In this document: one piece after another, positions 63,305-64,000 of the stretch | Position numbering within the stretch: position 1 is the stretch's first letter | Layout: the number at the start of each line of letters is the position of its first letter | Source: Azolla caroliniana | Lineage: Eukaryota; Plantae; Polypodiophyta | Direction: 5' to 3' | NCBI GenBank assembly: GCA_043228905.1 | Contig: JBHGNT010000003.1 | Location: 15,624,001-15,688,000, forward strand | DNA: 64,000 bases | Made by a program: the position numbers and the translations under genes | The notes under the pieces: model-generated | The model's input: the letters and a program-made list of their open reading frames with translations, nothing else | Database searches by the model: none | Told to the model about the DNA's origin: nothing

Positions 63305-64000
63305 TGTTACCGGCCGACAAAGGAGTCCAGAGTGGGAAACGGAGAGTTATTTAAGTAGTAGGAATGTGGTTGTAATTAAGCTATGAGTGTGGACGGACGG
63401 ACCGGAATCGGTATGCCGTTCCGGATCCGGACCGATCCCGAACAGGTGCGGATGGCACCGTTTTGTAATACAGACCGGAAACCTATTTAAAGGCCCGGAT
63501 ACAATGTAATGAACAATGGTTAATTAATAAAAGCTTAGCGTTGTTATCTCTCTGTGTTAATTGCCGTTCTGTCTTAATTGTTATATCTTACGCGTGTGAT
63601 TATGAAAGACGATCATGCTAAGTAACTTAATTAAGTCGGATTAAGCGTTGAGTCTAATCCGGTTGCCGTAACACCCTTTGGTGACGTGTCTTCCGTAGAC
63701 ACCCTGTGTTAAGCCATTGTCCGGCCCTAAGAGTTAACACAGTTTTTGGCGACCACGATTCCTGTTTTTGCAGCAAACGAGGGCACGGATAGATGTCTAG
63801 ATCAACGCACGACCTGGTTACAAATCGAACTCGACGCCTTGCCGAAAGGCAAAGGAGACGCGAGGCTTTCCAGCAAGCGGTGCAGGAAATTAGAGTGGAT
63901 CGCTCGTTTTCCAACGTAATCCGGAGAGTAGCGGAGGACTCCCTCTGGTTACAGCAAACATCGCACCCGGATGACGGTAGTAGCCTAAGCAGCCTCCGGG
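63305..64000 (+). mobile_element. LTR retrotransposon 5' LTR (63305-63673) and leader, inserted in Gypsy gag, runs off the window
   Basis: TGTTAC...GTAACA termini, TATTTAAA ~63484, AATAAA ~63526, TGG-starting PBS-like sequence at 63679. Confidence 0.75.

Overview
Eukaryotic, plant-like intergenic DNA. The retroelement types suggest a non-seed land plant such as a fern or lycophyte, but that is inference. The window is dominated by nested, mostly defective retrotransposons: at least four Ty1/Copia families, a tRNA-Trp-primed Ty3/Gypsy family, a chromodomain Gypsy, several solo LTRs and four L1/Tx1-type LINE fragments. It also holds a hAT-type MITE and a probable Helitron terminus. The only intact host-type gene is an intronless, signal-peptide-bearing but motif-divergent dirigent gene (18152-18724) in an AT-rich island. 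Three structures stand out. (i) A 119-bp near-perfect palindrome made of two head-to-head copies of the first ~59 bp of the chromovirus LTR, with TG..CA ends and a 5-bp TSD-like flank (39416-39534). (ii) A chromovirus of the same family whose 5' half is scrambled by multiple strand switches (46686-51338). (iii) A disrupted zinc-finger gene ending in a P-element/THAP9-like transposase N-terminal motif (2236-4880). No rRNA, tRNA genes or CRISPR arrays are supported.
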